From Mobula hypostoma (lineage: Eukaryota): DNA of 64,000 nt. Below are positions 63,399 through 64,000 of the stretch, one piece after another. The stretch lies in contig NC_086108.1 of the NCBI RefSeq assembly GCF_963921235.1, forward strand, positions 86,182,001-86,246,000. Direction: 5' to 3'. The position numbers and the translations under genes were made by a program. The stretch's first letter is position 1; each line of letters begins with the position of its first letter. The notes below the pieces were generated by a model. It was not told where the DNA came from and did not search any database. It saw only the letters and a program-made list of their open reading frames with translations.

Positions 63399-64000
63399 GG
63401 CATACTACCAGATGACTGGAAAATTGCACATGTTACTCTGCTATTTAAGAAGGGCGGGAGGCAGCAGAAAGGAAACTATAGAACTGTTGGCCTGACATCA
63501 CTGGTTGGGAAGTTGTTGGAATCGATTATTAGGGATGAGATGACGGAATACCTGGAGGCACATAACAAGATAGGCCAAAGCCAGCATGGTTTGCTGAAAG
63601 GAAAATCCTGCCTGACTAACCTACTGCAAATTTTTGAGGAAATTACAAGCAGGGTAGACAAAGGAGATGCAGTAGATGTGGTGTACTTGGATTTTCAAAA
63701 GGCCTTTCAAAGGTGCCGCACATGAGGCTGCTTAACAAGATAAGATCCCATGGAATTATAAGGGAGTTACTAGCATTGGTGGCTGATCGGCAGAGAACAG
63801 AGTGGGAATGAAGGGATCCTGTTCTGGCTGGCTGCCGGTTACCAGTGGAGTTCCACAGGGGTCAGTGTTGGGACTGCTGCTTTTTGCGATGTACATCAAT
63901 GATTTGGACTATGGGACTAATGGATTTGTGGCTAAATTTGCCGATGATACAATGATAAGTGGAGGAGCAGGTAGTGTTGAGGAAACAGAAAGCCTGCAGA
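63398..64000 (+). mobile_element. CR1 RT fragment running off the window end
   Basis: PDDWKIAHVT.LFKKG, NYR.V.LTS, QHG..KGKSCLTNL, YLDFQKAF, SGVPQGSVLG and AKFADDT. Confidence 0.9.

Overview
This is not a prokaryotic window. It is a repeat-saturated vertebrate region. The combination of CR1, Rex1/Babar, Penelope and HE1-like SINEs points to a cartilaginous fish (shark or ray); this is an inference. I found no supportable host protein-coding exon, RNA gene or CRISPR array, and every recognisable ORF is a broken retro- or DNA-transposon frame. The main structure is a four-level nest at about 43-56.5 kb: a Gypsy inside a Gypsy, holding a full-length RTE LINE with an intact TSD and an 11-unit, 46-bp CpG-rich array in its 5'UTR. 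Two short bipartite (5' end plus 3' end) non-autonomous RTE derivatives are present; the one at 26.9 kb is an internal-deletion derivative of that same LINE family. Also present are Penelope-like elements whose termini carry minimal hammerhead ribozyme motifs, a Gmr1-type Gypsy remnant, and a ~240-bp palindromic cassette shared by a hAT MITE and a Tigger/pogo element. Family assignments come from motif recognition by eye, not from database searches, and the boundaries of old fragments are approximate.
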